This document shows positions 39,013 to 49,683 of a stretch of 64,000 bases of DNA, one piece after another (positions within the stretch are counted from its first letter, which is position 1; each line of letters starts with the position of its first letter). Origin of the DNA: Promethearchaeota archaeon (GTDB lineage: Archaea > Asgardarchaeota > Lokiarchaeia > Sigyniarchaeales > SOKP01); contig RDOA01000007.1 in NCBI GenBank assembly GCA_011364925.1, positions 51,493 through 115,492 of the forward strand, written 5' to 3'. A program made the position numbers and the translations under genes. The notes under the pieces are model-generated. The model was given only the letters and a program-made list of their open reading frames with translations, ran no database searches and was not told where the DNA came from.

Positions 39013-40185
39013 TTGGAAATAAAAACGGAACAAGATTGGAAGGATATCGTTCATAGATGTTTTAGATGCGGCTACTGCAAATTTACGCATGAGTTTTCTG
39101 ATTACAATTGTCCAAGTTACAAGAAACATTTATTTGAGACTTATTCTACAGGTGGTAGGTTATGGCTAATTTATGGAATCATTAGCGGAGAAATTCCATG
39201 GAGTCAAGGCGTAGCAAATGTGATTTACGCGTGTTCCACATGTGGAAACTGCACTGAAAACTGTAGGTTTGAAAAATTTAACGATTTTTTGGTCGACATT
39301 ATTGAAGCTGCTCGAGCTGAAGCCGTTGCAAACGGATTTTGCCCTGAAAAGCAAAAAGCTTTAATTGAACGAATTGAGAACCAAACAATGTTTAATCCCT
39401 ATGGCGAGTTAAACTCAGATAACGACGATTTAAAGAAGGAATATAATCTACCTGACGAAGCAGAATGGGTTTATTTTATTGGTTGCACATCCAATTACCG
39501 TCAAAAGAATCTAAGGGACGCTACTTTAAGGTTTTTGAAGAAAACTAATATTGATTTTACTTTAATTGATGAGCATTGTTGTTGCAGTCCCGTTATGAGA
39601 ACGGGCCAAATAAATTCCGTTAAGGATTTCATCAATTACAATATTAATCAAATTAATAAAACAGGAGCGAAAAAAATCATCACTTCATGTGCTGGGTGTT
39701 ATCGTACGCTAAAAAAAGATTGGTTAAAATACGGTTTTGATTACGGTTTTCAAGTATTTCATACTGTAGAATTAGTTAAAAAACTATTAGACGACGGGAA
39801 AATAAAATTTAATTCGGAATACAATAAAACAGTTACGTATCACGATCCCTGCCACCTTGGAAGGCACATGAATCTTTACGAGATTCCAAGAGAGGTATAT
39901 AAGAGTATTCCCGGCATCGATTTTAAAGAAATGAAACGGAACCGAGAAAACGCATGGTGTTGCGGTGCGGGAGGTGGCGTAAAAATTGGATATCCTGAAT
40001 GGTCTCTAGAAATTTCAAAGGAGCGCCTGGACGAGGCGAAATTAACGGGGGCTTCTGTAATATCCTCCGTGTGTCCATTTTGTAGAACAAATTTGACCGA
40101 TGCTAACAACAAGTACAATATGGGTTTTGAAGTTATTGATTTAGTAGAGATTTTGGATGAGTTAGAATTAGAAATTTCTGACTAA
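39013..40185 (+). CDS. Fe-S / CCG-domain oxidoreductase (GlcF/HdrD-like)
   Basis: CFRCGYC, CSTCGNC, YHDPCHLGR, WCCGAGGG, CPFC; 2 nt downstream of the FAD subunit gene. Confidence 0.88.
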   Translation: MEIKTEQDWKDIVHRCFRCGYCKFTHEFSDYNCPSYKKHLFETYSTGGRLWLIYGIISGEIPWSQGVANVIYACSTCGNCTENCRFEKFNDFLVDIIEAARAEAVANGFCPEKQKALIERIENQTMFNPYGELNSDNDDLKKEYNLPDEAEWVYFIGCTSNYRQKNLRDATLRFLKKTNIDFTLIDEHCCCSPVMRTGQINSVKDFINYNINQINKTGAKKIITSCAGCYRTLKKDWLKYGFDYGFQVFHTVELVKKLLDDGKIKFNSEYNKTVTYHDPCHLGRHMNLYEIPREVYKSIPGIDFKEMKRNRENAWCCGAGGGVKIGYPEWSLEISKERLDEAKLTGASVISSVCPFCRTNLTDANNKYNMGFEVIDLVEILDELELEISD

Positions 40186-40221
40186 TGACTTACTTTCGTT
40201 ATTATAACAGGTGTTATTGAA

Positions 40222-41088
40222 TTGAGATTAGGAGCTCATATGAGTGTTTCAGAAGGCAAGCACATGGCTTTCTACTTAGGGAGAGACTTGAAATGCGAAT
40301 CCATACAAGTTTTTATAAGAAATGTGCGCTCTTGGGCTACAAAACCTTTGGAGCAAAAGGATATCGACAAGTTTCTTGAGACTAAAGAGGAATTTAAAGA
40401 AGAAATATGGCCGGTAATAAGTCACAATAGTTACTTAATTAATTTAGCGAGTCTAGATCCCGAAAAACTTAAGAAATCGTACGACGCTATGTTAGATGAG
40501 TTGAAAAAAGCTACTCAATTGGAAATTGAATATGAAAATATGCACCCTGGCGTTATTCCTATTAGCGACAAAGAAAAAATCACTAAAGATGAAGCTTTTA
40601 CGCAAATCGCTACTCAACTCAATAAATTAATGGATGAGACTAAAGGATCTAAAGTAAGGATTTTATTAGAAACTACTGCGGGTCAAGGAAAAGGTTTAGG
40701 GAATAAGTTTCACCATTTAAAGACTTTAATCAATAAAATCAACGATAAAAACAGGATCGGGGTATGTTTTGATACAGCACATTCTTTTGCTGCGGGATAC
40801 GACTTTACCACTAAAAAGAAGTATGAGGATATGTGGAATGATTTTGATGATGTCATTGGATTGAAGTACCTATTTGCATTCCATCTAAACGATACTGAAA
40901 AGGAATTAGGATCGAGAGTTGATCGTCATACTCACATAGGTCAAGGAAAAGTTAGCAAGGAAGCTTTTGGATTCTTGGTTAATGATGAAAGATTTAAAGA
41001 TCTTCCAGGAATTCTAGAGACTCCAAAAGAGAAAGATTTGAAAGAAGATGTTATGAATCTAAAAATGCTTCGATCGTTGATAAAATGA
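40222..41088 (+). CDS. nfo: Endonuclease IV (AP endonuclease)
   Basis: LGAHMS, HNSYLINLAS, HPG, LETTAGQG, CFDTAH, HLND, DRHTHIG, ILETP. Confidence 0.95.
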   Translation: MRLGAHMSVSEGKHMAFYLGRDLKCESIQVFIRNVRSWATKPLEQKDIDKFLETKEEFKEEIWPVISHNSYLINLASLDPEKLKKSYDAMLDELKKATQLEIEYENMHPGVIPISDKEKITKDEAFTQIATQLNKLMDETKGSKVRILLETTAGQGKGLGNKFHHLKTLINKINDKNRIGVCFDTAHSFAAGYDFTTKKKYEDMWNDFDDVIGLKYLFAFHLNDTEKELGSRVDRHTHIGQGKVSKEAFGFLVNDERFKDLPGILETPKEKDLKEDVMNLKMLRSLIK

Positions 41089-41097
41089 CATATAATA

Positions 41098-41496
41098 TTA
41101 ATCATGAACCTTGAACCACAGTGGGCTAGTATCATCTACTAGACCGTTGTAATTAACTGTCAATTCCTCTCCCTTTTTTATGTCTCGAACTGCAGAAAAC
41201 TCAATGGCTTCATTGTCGTAATCATACAGATATTTCAAATTAGGAGTGTACGAATGGTTTATAAATTGACTAACGCTAAGAGTGATTGCATTTTTGAAAG
41301 CGGGCATATGTTTTGGATCTTCCCAAATGTAACAATAATTGTACAAATGTGTTTTTTTAATTTTTTTATAATCTTCATTGGGTATTAAGATTATGTACGC
41401 AATATCTACTAAAGTTCCTTTAGTAATGGGTTTTTTAGCAAAAGCGCCTCTCCCCTTTTCCTTAGAAATGAATTTAACTTGAATATACTCGTGCAA
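41098..41496 (-). CDS. SET-domain protein-lysine methyltransferase
   Basis: KGRGAFA, FINHSYTPN, AVRDIKKGEELTVNY; GAGGG RBS + TTG. Confidence 0.9.
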   Translation of the reverse strand: MHEYIQVKFISKEKGRGAFAKKPITKGTLVDIAYIILIPNEDYKKIKKTHLYNYCYIWEDPKHMPAFKNAITLSVSQFINHSYTPNLKYLYDYDNEAIEFSAVRDIKKGEELTVNYNGLVDDTSPLWFKVHD

Positions 41497-41524
41497 TTAA
41501 ATCCCTCTAAAATAATATATCTTA

Positions 41525-42121
41525 TCATTCAATTGATGCGTGTCGCTTATCAATATCCTCTTCACTTATGTTTAATAGAAGCATGAGGGAAGAACCTATA
41601 GAATCTAAGGTAGATAGCGTAGAAATATCGAATAAAGAAGTGAAGGGGGCTAATGATTCTTGTAAAATCGCTTTTTCTTTGCTTTTCCCCTCAATTATTA
41701 TTACTAAATTAGCTATCTTTGCAATAGAACTCTTAGGATTCCCTGTAAATAAAGCGATTTTCCCTCCAATATTTTTTGCCTCTTCAGCTATAGCTTTAGG
41801 TGATGTTGTTTCACCGCTTCCACTTATTAGAACCAATAGATCGTCTTTGCTATATCGATATGTAACAGCATCAGAAACATAACAAGAATTAATACCCAGA
41901 TGCATTAACCTCTGAGCGAAACATCTCCCTATAAATCCAGATCTACCAGCTCCATACACAAAAACTATTCTATTTTTAGAATTAATTGTAACAATCATAT
42001 CAATTAATTTTAGGATTTGAGATGTGTCAATTGATTCAAAATTTTTTTTAATTATTTCTGATATTTCCATCATTGTATTTTGAAATCTTTCTTTTATATC
42101 GTTTGAATTGACGCCATCCAT
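41525..42121 (-). CDS. hxlB: 6-phospho-3-hexuloisomerase-like SIS domain protein
   Basis: YGAGRSG, AQRLMHLG, ISGSGET, LAPFTSLFD, RHASIE. Confidence 0.8.
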   Translation of the reverse strand: MDGVNSNDIKERFQNTMMEISEIIKKNFESIDTSQILKLIDMIVTINSKNRIVFVYGAGRSGFIGRCFAQRLMHLGINSCYVSDAVTYRYSKDDLLVLISGSGETTSPKAIAEEAKNIGGKIALFTGNPKSSIAKIANLVIIIEGKSKEKAILQESLAPFTSLFDISTLSTLDSIGSSLMLLLNISEEDIDKRHASIE

Positions 42122-42123
42122 TG

Positions 42124-43329
42124 TTATTTTTCCTCCTTTGAGAAATCAGGATGCACACAACTTCTCCATTGATCGACAGTCTCTTTAGGACCTAATCCTA
42201 TCAAAAGATCTCCTACTTCAAAAAGGAAATCAGACTTGAAACTATAAATCCATTTATCTTCGCGTTTGAGAGCTATAATGTGAAAGCCTCGCTTATATTT
42301 TTGATTTTGTAATTGCTTATAGGTTTTATCTTTGAAATAAGAATCACTCGAAATAGTTTCTCGTACAACAATTTCGGGTGTTTCTTCAATAGCTTTCTGT
42401 AGTATGATATGTGGTTCAAATCCTTCTATAATATTTTCAGCTATGTGAGCTGCGGCGTCAGCAATCCCTTCACAAGAAAACACGATTCTCATAATTCCAG
42501 TTAATGATCGTGGCGAATCTACTAAATGAGCAAATTCTAATAGATCCTTTTCGAAATTAATGTTGAGTCCATCTAAAATATCTTCCATTTCGAGGACATC
42601 TTCGGCGACTTCGTAGCTATTAAAGAATAGTGCTGCTAACGCCAATTCTACCATTGTTTCTGAGATATCAGTAATTAATACGTAATCTTTTTTAAGCACT
42701 TGGATATAATCAAGGATTTCGGGATTTGCTAGATCAAAATCCGCTTCTTCTTCCACATTATCAATATTGAAAGAAAATTTTTCGTTATCGTAAGCTAACG
42801 CTTTCAATTGTTTGATTGATTCAATCTCGCCTTTGATTATTAAAATATCGTGAACTTGGATTACATTATCTTTTTCGAATAACCACTCGTCCTGTCTTTT
42901 AATTGCTATTAGATCCACTCCATATTTTGATCTAAAATGAACATCCCTACGATTCATCCCTATAAAATCACAATTCTCATTGACAGTTATTTTTACAATG
43001 GGTTCGGGAACTTCGTCCCAAAATAATTGCGTGAATTCAGATATGTCACTATTGATATATACAACTCGAGCGATATCTGCAAGAGCATCCGAAATTTTGT
43101 CAATAGAATAACCCATTACCACTATGGGTTCTAAAGCTTTCGCTTCTTTAAAGCCACCAGCTTGAGTTTGAATTATCTGCAAATTCAAAAGAAATACTAA
43201 TTCATGGATTCTTTTTTCAATTTTAGAAGTTTCGTCTGCAATTTCTCTAATACTAAACTTTATTGCGCTATAAGCGAGATCTATCATTAAATCTATTTTC
43301 TTTTTCATTTCTTTTAAGATATCTTTCAA
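42124..43329 (-). CDS. Tandem PhoU + TrkA-C (RCK_C) regulatory protein
   Basis: LMIDLAYSA and MVELALAAL PhoU repeats; IAIKR..W and IALKR..W RCK_C domains; true start may be at 43377/43380. Confidence 0.82.
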   Translation of the reverse strand: MKDILKEMKKKIDLMIDLAYSAIKFSIREIADETSKIEKRIHELVFLLNLQIIQTQAGGFKEAKALEPIVVMGYSIDKISDALADIARVVYINSDISEFTQLFWDEVPEPIVKITVNENCDFIGMNRRDVHFRSKYGVDLIAIKRQDEWLFEKDNVIQVHDILIIKGEIESIKQLKALAYDNEKFSFNIDNVEEEADFDLANPEILDYIQVLKKDYVLITDISETMVELALAALFFNSYEVAEDVLEMEDILDGLNINFEKDLLEFAHLVDSPRSLTGIMRIVFSCEGIADAAAHIAENIIEGFEPHIILQKAIEETPEIVVRETISSDSYFKDKTYKQLQNQKYKRGFHIIALKREDKWIYSFKSDFLFEVGDLLIGLGPKETVDQWRSCVHPDFSKEEK

Positions 43330-43394
43330 TGAGATTGGTTGATACTTAAACTTCTTCCTTTTTTCTTGTTTTTTAATTATTTTCTCACTCTCGT

Positions 43395-43949
43395 TTATAA
43401 TATAAATATGTGGATGAATATTATTATTAATAAAGGTGTTAAAAAGTCTGATAAAGAGGTTATAATAGGAATTAAATAATTATTGGGATCTTTTCCATTT
43501 CTAAATAATAATATGGAACCGATAAATAAAAATACAAACATAACTCCAAACAGAATTAAAACTGTAACATTTAAAATTGATATAATCAAAAGGGGATTAA
43601 CTATTTCTATTCCAGTAACAATTCCTATTATATATCCTATGCTGATTAATGCTGCAAGACTTAATAAAATTGTTATCAATAGTCCATAAAAATCTTGTTT
43701 CAATCGATTGGATGTCTTAATTTTTGGAGATAAAGTCCCTAAGTACAAGTGGGAAGTAAGTCGAGATACTAGCACCGTTGAGATGTTACCCGTTAGTGAA
43801 TTTAAAGAGGGTAATACCAATAAAATTATCGGAAAACTTGCTAATATCTGCTCATTACTAGATAACAAGGTACCTGAAAAGAGTCCCATTACTGAACTAA
43901 TTAAAACGACGATAATTGACTCTTTAAAGATTTTTTTAAAGTAATCCAT
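43395..43949 (-). CDS. MgtE integral-membrane-domain protein (half 2)
   Basis: PSLNSLTGN..SRLTSHLYLG, KDPNNYLIPIITSLSD; start taken at MDYF. Confidence 0.85.
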   Translation of the reverse strand: MDYFKKIFKESIIVVLISSVMGLFSGTLLSSNEQILASFPIILLVLPSLNSLTGNISTVLVSRLTSHLYLGTLSPKIKTSNRLKQDFYGLLITILLSLAALISIGYIIGIVTGIEIVNPLLIISILNVTVLILFGVMFVFLFIGSILLFRNGKDPNNYLIPIITSLSDFLTPLLIIIFIHIFIL

Positions 43950-43951
43950 TA

Positions 43952-44506
43952 TTATGGAACCCCCAGCATGATTATTGTTAAGTAGAAACAAATGATTGTA
44001 AAAAAATCGTCAATTGCCGTCATCATGGGATTAACTACATTATTTGGATCTAAACCGCGTTTAAATGCGATAAAATTTAAAAGAGTTGAGCACGGGATTG
44101 AAATCGATAAAGTGAAAACGATTGAAACAACCGGAATTGCAATTAATAACCCGATATTGAAAATATAAAGTTTAACTAGTAAAAAGTTCATTAAAATGCT
44201 GAATATACCGATGGCAAACGCAGTTAAAAGCGATAACAAGAAGGTAGCCATGACATTTTCAAACCATGATTTAACATTAAATTCTCCAATGATAAAGTCT
44301 CGTGAGGTTCGAGCTATAAAAGGGCCACTCAAATTTCCTCTAAGCGACAACAGGGCAGGAATAATTAGAATTAGTAAAATAAAACTCTTAAAGGAGATGA
44401 TTAAAAGAGATAGCACAATCCCAGCAAGGATATCACCCACAATGGAAACCATTTCAGACGGAAAGTTTTCTTTAATGATTTTACCTTTAGAATCTTGTGC
44501 TTCCAT
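43952..44506 (-). CDS. MgtE integral-membrane-domain protein (half 1)
   Basis: PALLSLRGN, GLDPNNVVNPMMTAIDD. Confidence 0.85.
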   Translation of the reverse strand: MEAQDSKGKIIKENFPSEMVSIVGDILAGIVLSLLIISFKSFILLILIIPALLSLRGNLSGPFIARTSRDFIIGEFNVKSWFENVMATFLLSLLTAFAIGIFSILMNFLLVKLYIFNIGLLIAIPVVSIVFTLSISIPCSTLLNFIAFKRGLDPNNVVNPMMTAIDDFFTIICFYLTIIMLGVP

Positions 44507-44737
44507 GTGTCATCCTCATCATCAGATGATGTTAACATTTCCTTCATTTTCTTTAATATTTAATAAATCTCTAACTTATTTAAAAATTGCTATATATCAT
44601 TAAATTTATCAAAAATTAAAATTCAATTAATTTCATTGATTCTTTTTATAGAGTTGATAAATGAAATGTGATTTCGTTCATTCAAAATTAGTTGCACCTA
44701 AAATGAAATAATAAAAAAAACTTAAAAAAAAAAAAGG

Positions 44738-47110
44738 TTATTTAAGAAATTTTTTTCGATATATTGATATTATTCCTAATATTGCTATTGCACTAAATCC
44801 TAACACTAGAATAGGTTCATATCCAGGTATTTCAGAAACTTGGCTTAAATCTATATAAGCGAAAGCAGAAATCATACCTCTTGGCCCCCAAGCTCCCGTT
44901 GTAAGAGTTATCGAATTAGCATCGTAGTCATAAACTATGTTATCATAAAATTCCGGAGGTGGTGAATCCCATTCCTCTGTTCCAGACGTGTTATAAGCGA
45001 AAAAGATTAGTTCAGTTTGGCTTAAATCTATTGTAGATGGAAAGTAAATGGTAAAAGTGATATTTCCATCAACCTGTCCATAGTTCGTAATTAACTGATC
45101 AAAAAATATCAATGCACTACCATTTGGTAAGGAAACATTTACAGGATTAAATGGGATTACACAGTAAATGTACTCAGCAGTTGGACCCGCTAACACATTC
45201 ATTTCCACATCGACAGAGATATCCAGTGAGAAATCACTTTGTAAAGCAAACGAATTGCTTCCAGCTGAGAGCGTCTCAACTTTCTTCATATAAGATGAGA
45301 TAAAGGTCCATTCTGAACCTGGAATTGGAGCTTTCACCCATCCATGCATCATAATAACTCTTCCTGTTGGTACTTCAAAATGATAATAGAGCGTCTTATC
45401 TTCAGTTGAGTTGTGTAGAAATATGGTATCTGAAGATGTATATGTGATCTCGTCATAAATTGATTCGAACATTACGAAGAAATCACCCATGTCAGATGCA
45501 ATAGTATTTTCAGGGACTAACAAGGGCGGACCACCAGCTTCAAAGATTATCGGTGAAATAGGCCAATATGTATTTGCGATACATATGATATCAGTACCCA
45601 TTAAAGACCAAGATTCTGTATTCGTATCCCAAACTTCAAAAGATGCTTCAAGATATGAGAAGAATTGTAATTCTGGTTGTCCCGTTATAGGAATTGTAAC
45701 TCCAATAGTACTGTACAAGTAAGCAAGCTCTGTCATATTCGCATAAACAGTATATGATCCGCTAACAGTACCTCTGAAATCTCTCTGAGTATCTTCATTT
45801 GATTTGGTGTAAAAGGTGTCGCCAGGTGCTAATGACCAATCAACAAGAGTTTCAGATTTAAGCTCATAAAACATAGTGTTTGACCCATCATATGTTAGAA
45901 AGGATTGAACTAACCCAGTAGTCTTATCGATCGATACCTCAGCAAAATCAGTCCCTGTCGAATTTTTGAGGATAGTTCGAAGATATCCGTTCTCATAATA
46001 TGTGATTTCGTCGAATGGTGTATCCCAAATTTTAATTGTATCATTATTCCACATAAACTCAAAATTTTCTTTTTGTACATTGCTAGGATATACAAATGTT
46101 AACATCGGACCCATCGAATCATAATATTGTGGATAAAAATTATTTGCTAAACCTATTGGTTCATCAATTTCAATGAGTTCATAGTCAGTTCCATTCCAAT
46201 CATAAATATCAGCATACACAACCTCATAAATCATATAGATGATGGAGGATTCGTCAAACCAATTTTTAGTCTTCTCAAGCATAAGAGGTGAAATATCTGT
46301 TATGTGAAACTTAACATCCATTGCGTCGTCTATCCAGTCCATACCTTCGTAAAGATCGTAAAGAATATCTTCTCCTACACTAACACCCCATTCTACTTCA
46401 TCAGTTATATCAAAATCAAAAACTCTCGTTATTGTTGCATTTATATAAACCGGACCATTCATCCAGATCACTAAATACGCATTCGCAGATTCTAAGGTAC
46501 CATTATCATAATAAAAACTCTCTATGAAATATCCATCAGTTGAATTTGAGAATAAAATTCTATTGGTTGCAGGATCCGATTCAAAATGGTCATACTGATT
46601 GTTCCCTGTAGCTATTCCAGAGGGATAATAGAATGATTCGTTTAAAATATCATCCATTATATCAACTTGAAGACCACTTGAGCCATTTAGTGGTAAAAGC
46701 ATAGCTGTACCACTACGTCCCGCTCGATATTTATGTTCAATAGTGTCGGAACTATTAAAACCAAAAAGTGCAAATTCATAAGGATCTTCATAGGCTTCAA
46801 TTGCAGCACTTGTCAGGTTATAAAAACATTGAGTGGCATTTACTTGTGAAAAATCATTAACACCAAGATAATCCAAGGTAACATTTTCTATTGATGTGAT
46901 GTTGTAAATCCAGATATCTTTAAACATTGCAACAACTTCTCCATTGGTAACATTAGTTACGATAAATTCGGTTTCATAATATAACTGGTCCCCCACATCT
47001 ACACCCCAGTGCCATCCATTATTTGGATGTGACATAGGGATATCTGGACCCGCTTTTACATTTAAGAGAATATTGCTTAAGCTTGCACTTGAAGTTAGTA
47101 CAAATAGCAA
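44738..47110 (-). CDS. Large acidic secreted/surface protein with Loki-CTERM-type anchor
   Basis: Three repeats starting WGVDVGD/WGVSVGE/WSLAPGD; many NxS/T sequons; C-terminus EIPGY + TM + RKKFLK; signal peptide extends to about 47152. Confidence 0.78.
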   Translation of the reverse strand: MLFVLTSSASLSNILLNVKAGPDIPMSHPNNGWHWGVDVGDQLYYETEFIVTNVTNGEVVAMFKDIWIYNITSIENVTLDYLGVNDFSQVNATQCFYNLTSAAIEAYEDPYEFALFGFNSSDTIEHKYRAGRSGTAMLLPLNGSSGLQVDIMDDILNESFYYPSGIATGNNQYDHFESDPATNRILFSNSTDGYFIESFYYDNGTLESANAYLVIWMNGPVYINATITRVFDFDITDEVEWGVSVGEDILYDLYEGMDWIDDAMDVKFHITDISPLMLEKTKNWFDESSIIYMIYEVVYADIYDWNGTDYELIEIDEPIGLANNFYPQYYDSMGPMLTFVYPSNVQKENFEFMWNNDTIKIWDTPFDEITYYENGYLRTILKNSTGTDFAEVSIDKTTGLVQSFLTYDGSNTMFYELKSETLVDWSLAPGDTFYTKSNEDTQRDFRGTVSGSYTVYANMTELAYLYSTIGVTIPITGQPELQFFSYLEASFEVWDTNTESWSLMGTDIICIANTYWPISPIIFEAGGPPLLVPENTIASDMGDFFVMFESIYDEITYTSSDTIFLHNSTEDKTLYYHFEVPTGRVIMMHGWVKAPIPGSEWTFISSYMKKVETLSAGSNSFALQSDFSLDISVDVEMNVLAGPTAEYIYCVIPFNPVNVSLPNGSALIFFDQLITNYGQVDGNITFTIYFPSTIDLSQTELIFFAYNTSGTEEWDSPPPEFYDNIVYDYDANSITLTTGAWGPRGMISAFAYIDLSQVSEIPGYEPILVLGFSAIAILGIISIYRKKFLK

Positions 47111-47267
47111 AGTTAGGATAGTTTTAAAATACGATTTTTTTAAATTCGTCGTTTATCAACCCTAAACCTAGTTTTATAAAATAAATTTAAATTATTGATA
47201 TTAATACATCTTTATATAATTGTGCTAATATTAAGTTCAATATTTGTGTCAAGTAAATAAGTAGGAT

Positions 47268-48788
47268 TTAAAGGTTTTTAAGCCAATTAGGATCAATTTT
47301 ATTTAAGGCGCCCTCGACTTCTTTTCTAACGTCCCAATTATCGTCCCATAAAGAATTTGATAAAGCCTTAAGCGCTTCTCTATTGCCCATTTGACCTAAT
47401 GCCTTTGCAGACGCTATCCTAATTTTTGGATCTTTATCTTTGAGCATATCTATGAAAGGAGAAATGTCACTGATGGTTTCAAACTTTCCTAGCGCTAATG
47501 CTATCCAGCTTTTAATGAAAAGATCATCATCGTTAATTAAAGGTAGTAGATCTTCCACATTCTCTTCACTGCCTAATTTTATCAATACTTTTACTGCTGC
47601 TCTTCGTGTCTTCCAATCTTGAGATTTCAAAAGCGTTTTTACTTCACCAATAATTATTTGATTTGGATTGATAGATAATGAATCAATAGCAATCTCTCTT
47701 ACCTTATTGACAGCATCGTGTAATAACCCTAATAACAGGAATTTTTCTTGATCATTACCTATTTTACCTATTAACTTTGCACATAAGCTCCTTACTTTCC
47801 ATTCTTTTGCTTTAAGCCCTTCAATGATTTGATATGGAATTCTACCTCCAGAAATTTGAACGAGGGAATTAAAGGCTAATTTTCTTATTTTGTTATCGTT
47901 GCTTTTAAAAGAGTTGATCATATAATCAATCGAACTTTTATCCTTGAGTAAACCTAAGAGTTTGATTGCTTCCTTCCTCTCAACCATATTTTTACTGTTT
48001 GCGACTTCGTAAACTTTTTCATAGGAGTTTTGTGTAATGTAGATGTTCTTTAACGATTGTAGGGCTAACTTGCGGATCTCTTCATCCTTATGTTTTAGTA
48101 AGTTTAGAAGAGGATCTATTGCTCGCTTGCTTTTTATATACCCTAAAGCCTTAATGCTTGCCTTTTTAACATCAACATCAATATCCTCCAACAGATTTAT
48201 GATAAGACGTGCGTCTTTTGTTTTAATAGTTTTTTCTAATGCTTGAATCGCATTACTCCTGACTTCGGGATCGGTTTTATGAAGCAATTCTTTTAAAAAA
48301 TTCGTTGATTCTTCATCCTGAATCCTACCTAAAATGAAAGGAATTGAACGCTTAATATGGACATTTCCTTTATTATAAAATCCTATTATTTCGTTTAGGT
48401 TTCCTAAATTTCCTATATTTACTACTGAGTTGATTACACTGTCCCTAATTTCTAAAGAAGGATTGCTAAGCATTTCCAATAGTGGGATTAATGAAGTATG
48501 GCTTTTTTCTTTCCCTAATGCAACCACTGCCATTTTCCGAACTTCAATGGAATTATCAGAGAGAGCCTTAATTAAAATTGATTTTGAGGATTCTGGCACG
48601 TTATTAGATAAATATTTAACAATTTCAGCTCGTACTCTCCCATCTGATTCAATTTTATATTGTTTAGAGAAAAAAGTCAAGCTTTCGTTATCATTTAAAT
48701 TTCCAACAGCGTTTAATATCCTTATTTTTTCTTCTGGAGTTGTCGCTTTAAGATACTCCTCCCTAAATTCTGGAAAATTCATATACAA
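47268..48788 (-). CDS. HEAT-repeat (PBS lyase-like) protein
   Basis: About 15 repeats of L.D....VR..A..ALG. Confidence 0.88.
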   Translation of the reverse strand: MYMNFPEFREEYLKATTPEEKIRILNAVGNLNDNESLTFFSKQYKIESDGRVRAEIVKYLSNNVPESSKSILIKALSDNSIEVRKMAVVALGKEKSHTSLIPLLEMLSNPSLEIRDSVINSVVNIGNLGNLNEIIGFYNKGNVHIKRSIPFILGRIQDEESTNFLKELLHKTDPEVRSNAIQALEKTIKTKDARLIINLLEDIDVDVKKASIKALGYIKSKRAIDPLLNLLKHKDEEIRKLALQSLKNIYITQNSYEKVYEVANSKNMVERKEAIKLLGLLKDKSSIDYMINSFKSNDNKIRKLAFNSLVQISGGRIPYQIIEGLKAKEWKVRSLCAKLIGKIGNDQEKFLLLGLLHDAVNKVREIAIDSLSINPNQIIIGEVKTLLKSQDWKTRRAAVKVLIKLGSEENVEDLLPLINDDDLFIKSWIALALGKFETISDISPFIDMLKDKDPKIRIASAKALGQMGNREALKALSNSLWDDNWDVRKEVEGALNKIDPNWLKNL

Positions 48789-48918
48789 TATCCCTAATCT
48801 TATACTTTGAATAAAATGAGTCTATAACTAGAAAATCGAGTTCCTATTTTTATTATTACGCAAATGTAAAATTATACTCCTTGTAGTAAAATTAAATTCT
48901 ATCGTTACATATTGAATT

Positions 48919-49629
48919 TTGATTATGAAATTTATCCCCTATGAGTCTCGCACAAAGGCTGGAGAAATTTTAGCTGAATTTGTACTAAATCGCAATCAAG
49001 ATATAAAGCGAGTAATTGAAAAAAACAGAGAAAACGTTTTCTTGTTTGCTATTCCTAATGGTGGCGTCTCCGTGGCGGAAGGATTTTGCAGTGTAATTAA
49101 AATTAATTACGATATCTTAATCGTTAGAAAGATTAAGATTCCTTATAACACTGAAGCCGGTTTTGGTTCAGTTACTACAGATGGCACGGTCTTAATTAAT
49201 GAATCATTGCTACCCCATTTAAATCTACCAAAACAGTCAATACAAAGATCTATCGAGACCACAAAGAGGGAAATCCGGGAAAGAATCGATTTTTACGGTA
49301 AAACTTCTGATGTAGAATCACATTATAAATCTTTCATAAAAGATAACTATGTGTTTATAGCGGACGATGGTTTAGCTTCAGGATACACTATGCTGGCGGC
49401 TATTAAGATGATTAAAAAATACAAACCGAGACAATTATTTGTAGGAGTCCCAACTGCACCATTACACACCGTAAACAATATTAAAAGCGAAATTGATGAG
49501 GTGTATTGCCCTAATATAAGAGAAACGTCTTGGTTTGCTGTAGCTGATGCGTACAAATATTGGTACGATGTTTCAGAAAATGAGGTTTTTGATATAATTA
49601 GAACATCATCATATTATATTAACAAATAA
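48919..49629 (+). CDS. Phosphoribosyltransferase family protein
   Basis: AIPNGGV, VRKIKIP.N.EAGFG, PRPP motif IADDGLASGYT. Confidence 0.88.
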   Translation: MIMKFIPYESRTKAGEILAEFVLNRNQDIKRVIEKNRENVFLFAIPNGGVSVAEGFCSVIKINYDILIVRKIKIPYNTEAGFGSVTTDGTVLINESLLPHLNLPKQSIQRSIETTKREIRERIDFYGKTSDVESHYKSFIKDNYVFIADDGLASGYTMLAAIKMIKKYKPRQLFVGVPTAPLHTVNNIKSEIDEVYCPNIRETSWFAVADAYKYWYDVSENEVFDIIRTSSYYINK

Positions 49630-49683
49630 TTTGGAACACAACTATTTGTAGAGTATAAAAGAAAAGTAAAAAAAATAAGAAAT

